This document shows positions 10,645 through 22,344 of a stretch of DNA of 64,000 nt, piece by piece. Source of the DNA: a virus; IMG/VR virus record IMGVR_UViG_3300018057_000010, positions 15,138-79,137 of that record, one strand, 5' to 3'. The notes below the pieces were generated by a model. The model was given only the letters and a program-made list of their open reading frames with translations, searched no databases and was not told the origin of the DNA. The position numbers and the translations under genes are program-made. Position 1 is the stretch's first letter; each line of letters starts with the position of its first letter.

Positions 10645-11055
10645 CTATCTCCACCATCTCGACGGTCCACTTGACATCTCTATCCAGCAGATCGAGTCGG
10701 TTGACGGGATTGGCGATTCTTCTTTCGTTGAAGCCAGGATGTTTTCGACCTCCTCGGCGAAACACACCTTGTCTCCGGCATGGCCGTAATCCCATCCGTA
10801 CCAGTAATACCCCTCAGGCAGATAGCCATCGCCGCCAGGGGCGTCGTAGGTGAGTCCGCCATGCACCCGCACATCGATAGATTTGTACTTCCGCCAAGCC
10901 AGGGGATGATTGAGCGGGATTCCGAGATAGGCGCATAGGGCTGAACGCCCTCGAAGAATGGCAAAGCGAAACCCGTCCTGCGCAATATCGACGAAGATCG
11001 TCCCTGGCGTTGCGGCTCGAACCTCCTCCCAGGAGGCCTTATTTTCGATAGTCAT
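10645..11055 (-). CDS. Conserved phage hypothetical protein
   Basis: CAYLGIP..HP...VHGGLTY...WYGWDYGH motif. Confidence 0.6.
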   Translation of the reverse strand: MTIENKASWEEVRAATPGTIFVDIAQDGFRFAILRGRSALCAYLGIPLNHPLAWRKYKSIDVRVHGGLTYDAPGGDGYLPEGYYWYGWDYGHAGDKVCFAEEVENILASTKEESPIPSTDSICWIEMSSGPSRWWR

Positions 11056-11218
11056 TTCTCTCCCTCGGAATCGTTCGATTTCGCCCACAAATATCCAGCC
11101 CATAGCGCGAGTCCTATGATGACAGCGCCATTGCCCCATGGAGGATGTGGCTGACAGCCGAACCCGAAGGCGAGGACAATACATATCGCGCCTTCAATGC
11201 GTTTCCGCTGTTTCAAAC

Positions 11219-11485
11219 TCATTGGCTGCATCTCGTTTTGAAGTAATCGCCCATCCACTCCATGTCCCATTTCTTCCCGCAGCTGCAGTCGACATGGACA
11301 ACGCTTCCGGCTTTCTCGGGAACTTCGGCCACGATCTGATTGCCGCAATAGCAGACATAGCGCAGCGCGGTCTTGTCTTTGGTTTCTGCCCTAGATATCG
11401 GAGCGCCTAAGCCAGCCACTGCGCCGACTACGGACCCGGCTCCGAGAAACTTGAAGAATCCCCTTCTCGTTGTTTGTCTGCTCAC
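11219..11485 (-). CDS. Small Cys-rich protein with twin-arginine-like signal
   Basis: GTG start; TTRRGFFKFLGAGSVVGAVAG; CYC and CSC motifs. Confidence 0.55.
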   Translation of the reverse strand: MSRQTTRRGFFKFLGAGSVVGAVAGLGAPISRAETKDKTALRYVCYCGNQIVAEVPEKAGSVVHVDCSCGKKWDMEWMGDYFKTRCSQ

Positions 11486-12917
11486 AAGTGTTACCCCCTT
11501 CGTTTCGGTTCGTTGTTTCGATCTCCGATAGGCATCCAACCGACGATCAGTCCTTCCATCGGAACGTCTTTGATGTCGTTCACCCACTCTCGAACGACAT
11601 CGCTTTGGAGCAATTCCATGACCGCTGTATCGGGCCAAGCGAAGATCCCGCGATCCCGCAAAAACTTGACTAGCATCCGGCCTGCTTTGGTGGCTTCGTC
11701 CAGATTTACATCGGGCATTCTATGCCTCCTTCCGTTGTTCTTTGGGTAATGTGTACGGCACAAATCCAGGAATGTCGCCGTTGATCTTGTTCAGCAACTT
11801 AAGAATCTCTCCTGCGAAGACCCGGTCGTTACAATGGAGAACAGCCGTTGCGGACGCCAATCCCAGTGCGATGTTAAGCGTATTCCATTCAAGATCAGTT
11901 AACTCTACGATCTTCGTCGTCGGCCTCCGATTCCAAGATGCTCTGTATCTCTTTCATGCGTGTGTCGATGTCGTGCTTCTCTAGCATGTCGGCATGGAAG
12001 CGAAGCGTCTTGACGATCTCTGCTCGAAGCTCATTGGGGAGAATCTCCTTGTTGCCGAGAAACATATAAGGCAACCACATAAAATTGACGCATCCCTCCT
12101 GTTTTTCTGCATTGATGTTGAGCCTTAAGAAGGCGAGGGTGACGCCGTCATCGGAGACCGGGTCTTTAGTTAGTTGTTCGTAGGTTTGTGCAATCGCCTC
12201 GAAGGCCTTCGAGTATTTCCGAGTCATATATGCATTCCTTTACAAGGCAACATCTTCGGATCTTTGTGAAGGTAGATCCCGGAGCAGTGTCTTTTCCCGC
12301 AGATGCAGCAGAATTCTTTGTTCCGCTCGATGAGGCGATGGGGGCGCCGGTCACCTTCGAATTCCTGCCAGCAATGATCGCAGATAGAATGCAGCCACTG
12401 ATTCCCGCTCATTGCACTGTCCCTTTGCTTAATGAAACAACCCGTACAGCTCCATCGACTCCGGGAATAAACTTTGTGCCTCTCTCCAGATATTTCAGCA
12501 ACTCCGCTGCAGGACGTCCTTCTTTCACATACTTCAGCAGTTCGACCTCATTCTCTTCGTAGGCGATCAATACACTGACGGCTGGATATTTAAAGCGCTT
12601 CAGCATCCCGCCGCGTTCTGGCGCTTCGAGCGTAGCAGGATCGGCTTTTTTTCATGCGATCAAGATTGTTCTTTTGGAGAACAATGATCAGGAAAGTTTC
12701 CTGACTCTCGTCGTTGTCGAGTATCGTGACAAGCATCTTCAAATCCCTTCTTTGCTCTCGCTTTCTCCAGCTGCGCTACTTGGAAGGCGACGAAGCTCTC
12801 CCAGACATCCTGCATGCTTTCGAAGTGATCCTCTTCGAGGATCTTGTGGAAGTCGGCATAGGTATGCACGAGGTGGATCATGAGGTTCTTTTCGATCTCT
12901 TCAATGTTTAGCGACAC

Positions 12918-13973
12918 TCAAACTCCTCTCGTATACGGCTCAATCCAGATAGTCTTGCGCAGGCTACGCCCAGGTCCGTAGGGTTGTTGTTTCATTGCGC
13001 CACAGACCCAGTGGAATCTTGGCGAGGCATGCGTTCCGTCTCCGTGGATTCCTTCTCTACGGATCTTATAATGCTCCCCGATAACATTGGGGTTCCAGAA
13101 TTCTTTCGCTGTCTTCCCTTTTTTCGCAGTGACCTTCTTTTTCAGGCTTCCGGTCGTGACCAGTTCCGGACGGGCCTCCATGACGAAGAGGGTGCTGAAG
13201 ACCAAGTGCATCACTTCGAGGCCGAGTTGGTTATCGGCGGGAGTCATGGTGACGCCCTCGCGCTCCCAGAAGCCGCCCTTATGGACGTTGTTCTTGTGTT
13301 GGTCCATGAGCGTGGCGATGTCGGGGATGCTGAGATAGGAGCCGTAGGCGTCGACGGGGATATTCCAATGGCACAGAGCGCCGTTGACCATCCCGGCCAT
13401 AAGGATGAAGCTTCCGTTCGTAATGCCGTACTGCTTTCCGGGGATCAGTTTGGACTCGAATTCGTCTCCGCTATGAAGGCGGGCATAAGCCACGAAGGCG
13501 ACCTCGCCTTCGGCATCGTTCCGTAGGCAGCCCTTGGGGAGCATGAAGACGCAGGCTGGGAACGGCAGCGGCATGTTATACCAGTCGAACTTCTGGGGAG
13601 GGGCTGTTTTCCGAATGGCCTGAGAGAGATCCTTGCCGAGCCAGTACATGGGAACGCCGTAGCGAACGAGGTGAGACATCGCGACGAACTGATAGAGTTC
13701 GCCTTCGCCGTTGGTGCCACTCATGACCTTGAGGCTATTGCTGACGATCTGGCTGGCTGGAAAACGGGGCGAGAAATATTGCCCACAGCCGCTGGGTTCT
13801 TCGTAGTGCCGGGGATAGGCCAGACGGCAGAGTCGGGGTTCTACCTCGGCGATCCCGTCCATATAGTTGCGCAGCTCCGTCCCGGTAAACTCCCGCTCAC
13901 CGGTCGACACCGCCCGCAGATATAGCAGATCCTTCATTGCTTCTTCTTCGGCTTTGCGAGGAAGTCTTCCCAA
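12918..13973 (-). CDS. Hypothetical phage protein
   Basis: Long ORF; C-terminal HASPRFHWV...PYGPGRSLRKTIWIEPY motif. Confidence 0.65.
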   Translation of the reverse strand: MGRLPRKAEEEAMKDLLYLRAVSTGEREFTGTELRNYMDGIAEVEPRLCRLAYPRHYEEPSGCGQYFSPRFPASQIVSNSLKVMSGTNGEGELYQFVAMSHLVRYGVPMYWLGKDLSQAIRKTAPPQKFDWYNMPLPFPACVFMLPKGCLRNDAEGEVAFVAYARLHSGDEFESKLIPGKQYGITNGSFILMAGMVNGALCHWNIPVDAYGSYLSIPDIATLMDQHKNNVHKGGFWEREGVTMTPADNQLGLEVMHLVFSTLFVMEARPELVTTGSLKKKVTAKKGKTAKEFWNPNVIGEHYKIRREGIHGDGTHASPRFHWVCGAMKQQPYGPGRSLRKTIWIEPYTRGV

Positions 13974-16887
13974 GTAAGCCCGAGTTCCGCCTTGACCTCA
14001 CTAGAAGCTGGCATTTCTACTTCCCTTCAGGACCCTACATTTGTAGCACAAGAATATTCCGAGAATACTATTCCAGAAATATTTCCACGCCAACTATTAC
14101 TACTTGATAACCTGGATACCGAGCCGAGAAAACTGGATCTAAGTCCTTTAGATCCGTTAAGCGGAAAAGACAGATATCCACTCGAAAACCAAGGCGAAAG
14201 TTTATAAGTTAGTAACTAAGATCTTCCTCCCGCCGCCTTTCGCGCAACAGACAGAGATTACGTGGATAATCGAGCAGCGGCATTCCGCCTGCTTTGGAGA
14301 CCACATCTAGCGGAAAAGTACAGCCCAGGTAAGCCGCCCCCTCGTTGACCCAAACCCCGTCGATCAACCGTCTATCCCGATCCGTAACCCAAGCATGATG
14401 AGCCACGCGAGGAATACCGCGCTTAACCGCCACGCCCTCCACATAGCGCAATTGCGGATTGTTCAGACAACAGCGAAGCGAGTGCGCATAGCAGGCCCCT
14501 TCCGGCCCTCTCTCCCACTCCTCCCGCCACGGCTCTGGCGAATACCAGATCCCATGCCGCAGCAGATAATCCTCTGTCCCGCTGTAGCAGAACCCTTTAG
14601 CCTTCCGCTGAAAAGAGTGCTGCTGCTGCCTAAGTAGATCCAGCTGCTTCACAATCATCAACTGAAATTCGGAATCGAACTCGTTGAGCCGCCTTGTCCA
14701 GTCGCTATACGCCTTCACTCGATCCCTACAAACTCGGAGGCCTTCAAGATCTCCTCCATCTTGTCCGTCTCCGGATGGAGTGGATACATCAGCGCCAGCC
14801 GCGCCTCGATCCGATGCATCACCCGCCACAAATGCGACAAACCCCTCACCCCTATCGTCACCATCACCGCGATATGAGCCAATATCAACAGTTCCAAATA
14901 CCCTCTCATCGTTCCTCCCTCTTTCTTATCAAGGCAAGACAGAACTTACAGGTCACGCTGTCTTGCTCCCCAGATGAGTTCATCCCATCTTTCGACTGCC
15001 GGTTGCTCCTGCCACACAACGTGGAGATGATCGTTGCCGGGACCCCAAAACGTATTGCCTCCCGACTCGTCGCGTAATGAACAACCGCTTTCGGAAGATC
15101 CTTCCCTCTGCATTGCGCCCACGAACATAAGCAATGATTCTTCTTGCACTTACGACAATATTTACGCATCCCGTAACAGGCTGGACATGTGCTCATCTCA
15201 AATCGGTCTCGGGAGTCCCATCGTCGTCAGCCTCTTTTAAGGTCTGCTCTGCGACTGTAACGTCTCTTTCTCCTGCTATCTGCTGAACCGATTTAAGAAC
15301 TTTTACAAACTGCTCACGAAGCCTGATTTCATTCTCCAGGTAGTCTATTTTTCTACGTTCAATCTCTACAGCTTCTTCAATTGTCATCGACGTTCACAAA
15401 TCCCCTTTCCTGGTTATCGCTACGGAATACTTGTAGCACAAATAAGAAATAAAATCTGGAGAGAAAAATATTTCTACATGGGGAGTCAAGTCTTTTGGCG
15501 CGCCCGGTGTGTCTCCCTACCCCCTTGCCCCCGCCCTTCGCGCCCGCTGCCCACCCTCCTTTCGAGCGGAAAGCCGTCGCGTCCCGTTCACCAAAGGTGT
15601 ATTCGGAGCTATCCGTACACCAAAGGACCGTAAGGGGAACGGTCTGAAAGCCGCTCCAGACGCGCATTTGAGCTATGTCGTAGCACCTAGGAGGGTTAGC
15701 GGACGCGTTATAGGGCATCCTAACGCCAAGTTTTAGGACGTTTGCGACCTGGCAACGCGACATCGTTCACATAGGCGTCTGTGAGCTTGCCCGAATTCCA
15801 CGCGACAATAACCCAATCGCACGGGCGACGAGCGTCAGACGTCTCTTTCATGGTCTTCGTAACTTTATTACTGGTTTTCGTGCTGTTGTGGTGTTTTGCA
15901 GGGTGTTTCGAGTGCGGCTGTGCTTGCTGAGTGGCTGCGTGCTGGGTTTGTTGGGGATGTTGCTGAGTTTGGGCCAGGGGAAATGACTGAGGATTGCTTG
16001 CTGTGCAGGCTGTAAGGCTGTGCATTGCGTTTGAGGGTTTGTTGATATGCGATTGGATGACTTCGAGAGCGGCAGAGCGCTGAGAGGCGTTCGAGAGCTG
16101 AGAGCGTCTCTTCTCTCTCTTAGCATCTCTTGAGACTTGAGAAGATCCTAAGAGCCTAACGGTTTCGGGCAAGCGTTGACGGTCTTTGGAGTCCTCTTGC
16201 AGGATTACGGCCGAATCCGACCGAAGAGAGGTTTAGTCTTCTTCGATCACGTTCCATTCTCCAACCTTGTTACCATTCTCATCATGGATAAACCCATTGA
16301 TGGACGGGTTTAACACTTCATTAGTGTAAGTTGAACGTCCGATTGACCTAACAATTGCATCTGTCACTTCCCATGCCGTTTGCATGGCATCGTTACCCAA
16401 CGTAATTTCAAGCTTCAACTTCATTCTTCCCCCTCTGCAACTTGCTCGAAGTCGAAGCCATCGACGGCAGTTCCGCCTTCTGCGTCTACCACGGACCAAG
16501 CGGCGCCGGTTTCAGGTTCAGTAATCCACCACTGCCCATGTTCGAAGTGTGCGCATAGTCCCTCACGGTCTATGATTTGACTAGCTGCGTCCATGACTCT
16601 TGCTTCTATCGCTCGCGTATTGGTTTCGGTTTTCAGCATCTTTAATCTCCCTTGGAGTTATGGGACGGCCGAACCGTCCCATAATTGGACTCAGACTTGA
16701 CTAGGATCAGGCAAGCTTTGCCAGACTTCCGCAGCTGGGAACGGTGTTGTCTGGAGCTCTCGCTCTAGACGCGCTGCGGTTTGGCGCTGGAAGTCTGCCT
16801 CAGCTGGGTTTGTCACGGCATACTTGGCGACGAGAGCAAGAGCCTTGTCTCTTTGCCATGCCTTGAGCTGGTAAGGGTGAATTGGGT

Positions 16888-17541
16888 TCACTTGTCACCG
16901 CCGACACTATCCCAGCCATAAGGCGCCCGTCCTGCAATGGCCCTGACGAACTCCTCTTGAGCTTTCTCACGCATCGCTACGGCATTGTTCAACGCTTCCA
17001 AGTGATAAACGGCAATGCTGTTGCGCTCTCGCAACATTCCATCGATCAAATCGCCCGCATCCTTTAGAAGAAACGTTGCTGTGTTGGCGACAATCACCGT
17101 CGCATCTTCTAGAACGCTTTGAGCATTCGCTACCCGTTTCTGGCCCTCTGGCGTCTGCAAGCCTATCGGAGTGATGTCAACGGTTTTCGGCTGCGGTTGC
17201 TCGTCTTCCGTCTCCGCTTCGTCTTCGTCCTCAGCTAGGGAGGCTTTTGCTTCCTCTTCCGTGTCGTATACGCTCCAATCGGTACAATCCAAGTAACCGG
17301 GGGCACTCAGCCGTGCGCCGTAACCTTGAATGTTCTTCCATTCATGCGGTTCCCCTGCTGTGTATTGCCAAATCGCTTTCTTGTACTTCTCTCGCTCGTC
17401 ATCGGTTAGCGGTTGCACTTGCGTTTCAGAATCGCGGACGAATAAGCCTAAATCGCCAGCTGGTAGAAACTCTGTTCCGTCGCTCGTCTCAACTTCAAGC
17501 CAATTCTGCTTTCCTGTAATCTGCTGTTGCATATGTGTCAT
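16888..17541 (-). CDS. Hypothetical early-region protein
   Basis: RBS plus hairpin cassette upstream; GYGARLSAPGYLDCTDW motif. Confidence 0.65.
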   Translation of the reverse strand: MTHMQQQITGKQNWLEVETSDGTEFLPAGDLGLFVRDSETQVQPLTDDEREKYKKAIWQYTAGEPHEWKNIQGYGARLSAPGYLDCTDWSVYDTEEEAKASLAEDEDEAETEDEQPQPKTVDITPIGLQTPEGQKRVANAQSVLEDATVIVANTATFLLKDAGDLIDGMLRERNSIAVYHLEALNNAVAMREKAQEEFVRAIAGRAPYGWDSVGGDK

Positions 17542-17565
17542 TGCTTCATCTCCTAACGGCTGGTT

Positions 17566-17865
17566 TTACCGTTGTTCGTTAACGCGCTGAAATGTTACAC
17601 GCATCTCTTTGTTAAAAGCTTCGTGAGCGGCTTCAACTGCATAGCGCTCATGCCAGAGGACAATACCGGCCTTGTGATCAGCAAGGCCGCATTTACAGCT
17701 ATTGAGTCCATAATGTGATGGGTTAATGCGTACAAAATGGTGACCTTGTGCATTAAGCAGGTTGCGCATATGGAATACTACGGTTGATTCCTTTGCGATG
17801 CGCTTATCTCCAGTTTCGCGTATCAGGCTACAGCTGCCTGTACCTAAATTTACTTTCATTCCCAT
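17566..17865 (-). CDS. Hypothetical early-region protein
   Basis: AGGAGA RBS and hairpin cassette upstream. Confidence 0.6.
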   Translation of the reverse strand: MGMKVNLGTGSCSLIRETGDKRIAKESTVVFHMRNLLNAQGHHFVRINPSHYGLNSCKCGLADHKAGIVLWHERYAVEAAHEAFNKEMRVTFQRVNEQR

Positions 17866-18144
17866 ATCTCCTAACGGCTGGTTGCCGTTGCGTTACGGTT
17901 TTACAGCTTTCTGTCTAAACCAGCTGCATTTATCAGCACCATGAGCGCCAGCTGATCTAATGCAGTAAGGTCTTCATGGATGGCAAGCCAAATCTTCGAT
18001 TTCCGCTCTAAATCCTCTAAACATGCAGCTATAAAGTCGTCATCCACGTAGAGTTCAGAGCGCACAGCTACAATTTTTCCGTTTCCATGCGGGCGAAGGA
18101 TGGCCTTCAGGTTTGCAATTAAATTGGGTTCGTCTGTCATTTGT

Positions 18145-18594
18145 TTACTCATCTGGGTTAGTGGCAATGATCGCAGCGATTACAGGATCAGCCGCGAACA
18201 GTTCCGCCGGAACGGTGAACATATTAAGGTTTTCTTGGTCGAAAGGTTCGCTTGCGTTCCCTAAGTTGATAATGCCTGCGTATTCCGGATAACCTTCGCT
18301 GTCCGTGCCTGTCTGGTAATCGGGCAGTTCTTTCTCTGTGACTAGCAAGAAATCAAGATGCCCACTGTCCGCAGCTGCGTCGAAAGCATCTTGCTCGCAA
18401 TAGGCAAAATACTCTGGAAAGACAATTGCGGCCACGAACCCAGCATTGTGAATCACATAAGCTTGAGGGTTGCTGTTTCCCCAAACGTGGTGATGGAAAT
18501 CATAGGAATCAGGATTGACAAAGTCTTTTTCTGCGTAATGGAAATCAAGATTGTCAACGTGTATCGTGCGCGTGGAAATGTCTAAGGCTGTCAT
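18145..18594 (-). CDS. Hypothetical acidic protein
   Basis: Coupled to the neighbouring ORF (TAATG). Confidence 0.6.
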   Translation of the reverse strand: MTALDISTRTIHVDNLDFHYAEKDFVNPDSYDFHHHVWGNSNPQAYVIHNAGFVAAIVFPEYFAYCEQDAFDAAADSGHLDFLLVTEKELPDYQTGTDSEGYPEYAGIINLGNASEPFDQENLNMFTVPAELFAADPVIAAIIATNPDE

Positions 18595-19464
18595 TAGTCT
18601 TTCGCCCCTTTCCGCTTCGAAATTACGTATCCCTCAGGGAGAGAAATGGTCATTCTTAAGATGTCACCTGTGGTCTTCCTAACGTCAAGCGGCTCCACAT
18701 AGGCAACGGCATAGGGTTTGGTGTATACGCGAACAGCTACTTCAATGCGGTCCTGATCGTTCATCCCTGCGATTACTGCTTTCAGCTCTCCAACTGTCAT
18801 TACTGTTGTCCTTTCTCTGCATAGAAAGACGCCAAAGCTTCACAAGCTAGTTCAGCCTCAATCACGCGTCTGTATTCGTTGTTGGCGTCATCAATACATC
18901 CGAGACTAGCAATAACATTGCCTTTTTCGTCACGGCAAATGCACTGCTCACAGCTATCAGGTTCGCGTTCCGCATAGGCGGAGTCGGCGCCGTACGCTTC
19001 CTTGTGGTTGCCTATGCTCCAATCATCGGACCACTCGAACGTATAGCCATAAGCGCGGGCGTCACGCTCTGCTTTCGCAAGCTTGCGCGCTGTTTTGTAA
19101 GCGTCTACAGCAGGCCGTGTTGACGAAAATGGGGAGTGGGTGAATTGGGATATAGTCGTGTCCACAGATGTTGCAAGTGGACACGACGAGAAGGAAATGT
19201 TGGTTATTTACTTTGAGTGGGAATGATTGACTTCGTCGGTATAGATGTTACTGCTGAGGGCTTGGCCCACAGCCAGGTCAAGTCGTTGGAGGAGTTGGGG
19301 TAAAGATTCGCCGTCGCGGCGTACCAGCAGGGCCAAACTATTCTGTCCGTCGTGAGCTACGGCGACACAGTCGAAGGGGCGAAGCACGCCGAGGGTAATC
19401 TGGCCATAGCGGAGGATAAGCTCAGCGAGGTTGTGCCGCGATGAGAGATCCTTGCTTGTCTTTT

Positions 19465-21057
19465 CTACGCTGCCAGGTCGACCGGTTGCGGCAAGTTTGT
19501 TGCGACGTTCCAAGGTAGCAGTTCCTCGACACGGTTGATGGGATGATCGGCGATATGCTCCAAGACATAACGCAGATACGCTTCCGGGTCCAGACCATTG
19601 AGCTTGGCAGAGCCCACCAGGGAATAGATAGCTGCAGCCCGTTCCCCACCTGAGTCCGAGCCCGCGAACAGGTAATTCTTTCGGCCCACGGCAATGGAGC
19701 GCAAGGCCCTCTCGGCAGCGTTATTGTCTATCTCAATCCGACCATCGTCGCAGTAAAGCACCAGTGCACTCCAAAGGGCAAGAGCATAGCGAATCGCCGC
19801 CGCAGTGACAGACTTGGGTGACAGCTTGGCTAAAGACTCCTCGAGCCAGGCATGCATAGAATCTAGCAGTGGCCGCGCCCTTTGACTGCGAACCTGTTGT
19901 CGTTGCGCTGCGGGTCGTCCTCGAATTTCCTTTTCGATCGCATACAGGGCCGCGATGCGTTCCACCGCTTCGCTGGCGATCGAAGACTGATGCGCTTCCA
20001 CCAAGTCATAAAACTTACGGCGGATATGCGCCATACAGGGAGCCTGTTGGATGGAACCGTCTTTATAAATTTGGTTGAAACCGGCATAAGCATCTGCCTG
20101 GAGGATGCCATGGAAGTTCGCCAGATGCTGTTGCGGATGTTCTCCTTTGCGATCAGGCGAGTAAGCAAACCATGCAGCAGGTGCGTCCAAAGATCCCCAG
20201 GGGCGATCATCGCGAACGTAAGTCCACAAACGTCCGGTCTTGGTCTTGCCGTTGCCGGGAGCCAGGACCGGCACGGGTGTATCGTCGGCGTGCAGCTTGT
20301 CGGCCGCCATTACGTAGCGGCGCAAGGCTTCCACCAGCGGAGCAAGTAACTGACTACCTTCGCCTACCCACTTGGCTAACGTGGATCGATCCAGTTCGAC
20401 ACCTTCTCGGGCATAGATATCGGACTGTCGGTATAAGGGCAAATGATCACAAAATTTTGCAGTTAGCACGTGAGCTAGAAGTCCAGGACCGGCAAGACCG
20501 CGTTCAATCGGGCGGCTGGGCGCCGCTGCCTGCACGATGGTGTCGCATCCACTGCAGCACAGCCTGGGGCGCACATGCCGAATCACTACGAAGCTGGCCG
20601 GAATGTACTCTAGCACCTCAGAAATATCTTCGCCGAGCTTCTTCAGCGTGCCGCCGCAATCCGGGCAGGACTCTTGCTCAGGGAGATGCGTCTGAACTTT
20701 ACGCGGCAGATGATCTGGCAGTGGGCGCCGCTTTCTGCCTGCTCTTCTTGCTGGCGAGGACGCAGTCTTAGCTGGAGTTTCACTCTCTGGCTGCGAGGCT
20801 TGTTCCGCCTGCTTGGCTTCCAGTTCTTCCAGCTTCAGTTCCAGTTGCTCGATCTGCCGGGTCAGCTTCTCCGACCGCCGTCCAAACTGCATACGTCGCA
20901 ACTTGTCCACCAGCAGTTTCAGATGCTCGATCTCACTGTCGCTGGAGACGATCCGCAGTTGTTGCGCCACAATGATCGCCTTCAAAGCATCTGGCTCCAG
21001 AGCGTCCAGATCAGGCAACGAGAGGTGCGCGGCAACCATGGAAAAAGTATGCCACAA
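19465..21057 (-). CDS. tnpC: IS66 DDE transposase TnpC
   Basis: [44 protein letters not shown]. Confidence 0.95.
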   Translation of the reverse strand: MWHTFSMVAAHLSLPDLDALEPDALKAIIVAQQLRIVSSDSEIEHLKLLVDKLRRMQFGRRSEKLTRQIEQLELKLEELEAKQAEQASQPESETPAKTASSPARRAGRKRRPLPDHLPRKVQTHLPEQESCPDCGGTLKKLGEDISEVLEYIPASFVVIRHVRPRLCCSGCDTIVQAAAPSRPIERGLAGPGLLAHVLTAKFCDHLPLYRQSDIYAREGVELDRSTLAKWVGEGSQLLAPLVEALRRYVMAADKLHADDTPVPVLAPGNGKTKTGRLWTYVRDDRPWGSLDAPAAWFAYSPDRKGEHPQQHLANFHGILQADAYAGFNQIYKDGSIQQAPCMAHIRRKFYDLVEAHQSSIASEAVERIAALYAIEKEIRGRPAAQRQQVRSQRARPLLDSMHAWLEESLAKLSPKSVTAAAIRYALALWSALVLYCDDGRIEIDNNAAERALRSIAVGRKNYLFAGSDSGGERAAAIYSLVGSAKLNGLDPEAYLRYVLEHIADHPINRVEELLPWNVATNLPQPVDLAA

Positions 21058-21115
21058 ACTATAACTTTTGCACCATGCAAAATGAGCTATGAGGCATATA
21101 ACTTATCAGATACGG

Positions 21116-21463
21116 TTACACTTCCATCAGGGGTGCAAAGCTACGCGCCGGCCTCCGCCAATCGATACCTTCGCATAACATCGAAAGTTGCGCCCGTGTC
21201 AGCGATACGGTTCCACTCTGCGCCTGAGGCCAAACATAGCGACCACGGTCAAGGCGTTTTTGATATAGGCATAGACCGTCTCCATCGTGCCATAGAAGTT
21301 TTACCAGATCGCCTCTGCGCCCCCGAAAGATAAACACCTGACCGCAGAGAGGACTCTGTTGGAGCACAGTCTGCACCATCGCACATAGTCCCGTAAAACC
21401 ACGTCACATGTCGGTCACTCCCGCCACGATCCAGATATCTGTGTTCGCCGGAAACGGAATCAT
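21116..21463 (-). pseudogene. tnpB: IS66 accessory protein TnpB with in-frame stop
   Basis: MIPFPANTDIWIVAGVTDM*RGFTGL; TGA at 21404-21406 where the DMRRGF motif has Arg; downstream FIFRGRRGDLVKLLWHDGDG is intact. Confidence 0.85.
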
Positions 21464-21864
21464 CCTCGTAGGCTCTCCAGCACCGCCCGTATCGCCGTCA
21501 AGTCGGCACTGCCCACCACCCTTACCACGGCCCTTCCTGGAAACTCGATCTGAATCGTTCCCCTCGAGCCTTCAGTCGATTTCCTTGCTGGGGCTTCTTC
21601 CTGTGTTGCTTCGTCGTTGACTAGCACTGGCAGCAGACGCACACCTGTGCCTTCTGTATTACTGGACGGCTCGCCCAGGAGTCCTGCCTGATACAGCTTG
21701 CGCCAATGAAATAGTTGGTTAGCATTTATGCCATGCTCTCGTGCCACCATCGCCACCGATTTCCCTCCGCATAGCGTCTCCTCTACGATCTGACTCCGCT
21801 CCTCTCGCGTACGATACCGCCGCGTCATCTTCCTTCCTGCAATCGCCTCTGTTCCTGTCTCCAT
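21460..21864 (-). CDS. tnpA: IS66 TnpA (HTH)
   Basis: RRYRTREERSQIVEE...SVAMVAREHGINANQLFHWRK. Confidence 0.9.
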   Translation of the reverse strand: METGTEAIAGRKMTRRYRTREERSQIVEETLCGGKSVAMVAREHGINANQLFHWRKLYQAGLLGEPSSNTEGTGVRLLPVLVNDEATQEEAPARKSTEGSRGTIQIEFPGRAVVRVVGSADLTAIRAVLESLRG

Positions 21865-22125
21865 CCTTGCCCTCTCCCTGTGCCACCTTCAGTTGCACCA
21901 CAAGACAAGAATGCCTAGCTGCGTTCATCCCGTCTAGACGGCCATCGCTCCACGCTTACGCTGTTTTAGCCTTGCCTTGTGCAGGGGTTTCGGTTTGCGG
22001 GTTGTAGGAATAGCCTGCATTTGCTAGGAAAAACCGAAATGCGGCTTGCTGTGCGGTTTGCTTCTTGGCTGGAAACATCTCTCAGCTCCTTTCAGGTTGT
22101 TGCGGTCTGGTTACCGCTGTCCATG

Positions 22126-22154
22126 ATTCAATCACGGCTCTAAACTCACGTCAA
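22126..22154 (-). promoter_or_regulatory. Sigma70-like promoter TTGACG-N17-TTGAAT
   Basis: Same -35 hexamer and downstream hairpin as at 23101-23130 and 24413-24442. Confidence 0.55.
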
Positions 22155-22227
22155 GAAAATTAAATGAATTTGCGGCATGGAGTCCGATAATCGGACATAG
22201 GTGCGTGACTTGGCAAGGCTCCATCGT

Positions 22228-22338
22228 GCCAAGTTGGCATGATGCAAGGCGCCACATTGGCGCCATGGTGTGATGATACGAAAGGATTTAGATTGGGAAG
22301 AAATACCAGAGTGGCACGATGCAAGGCGCCACTCTGGC
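22228..22338. repeat. Four GCCA-N3-TGGC palindromic boxes in two pairs with 23-bp spacing
   Basis: Boxes at 22228, 22251, 22305 (ACCA variant), 22328; matches the iterons in the initiator gene. Confidence 0.7.
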
Positions 22339-22344
22339 ATGATA

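Larger units (their letters stand above)
19097..21959 (-). mobile_element. IS66-family insertion sequence (2863 bp) with 8-bp target duplication GCTGTTTT
   Basis: Imperfect TIRs GTAAGCGTCTACAGCAGGCCGTGTTGACG / GTAAGCGTGGAGCGATGGCCGTCTAGACG; GCTGTTTT at 19089-19096 and 21960-21967; tnpA-tnpB-tnpC. Confidence 0.95.
18800..22078 (-). pseudogene. Phage gene split by the IS66 insertion (5' part 21968-22078, 3' part 18800-19096)
   Basis: Removing the IS and one TSD restores a continuous frame MFPAKKQTAQQAAFRFFLANAGYSYNPQTETPAQGKAKTA-RKLAKAERDARAYG...EKGQQ; AGGAG RBS upstream. Confidence 0.85.

Noticed and set aside
14871-14885. 13-nt match GATATGAGCCAAT to array G spacer 63087-63116 (also a 12-nt match at 23090)
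   Set aside because: About one match this long is expected by chance given the number of spacers and the window size; no PAM known
18800-19165. ORF-track start at 19165
   Set aside because: The start lies inside the IS66 end; the real 5' half is at 21968-22078
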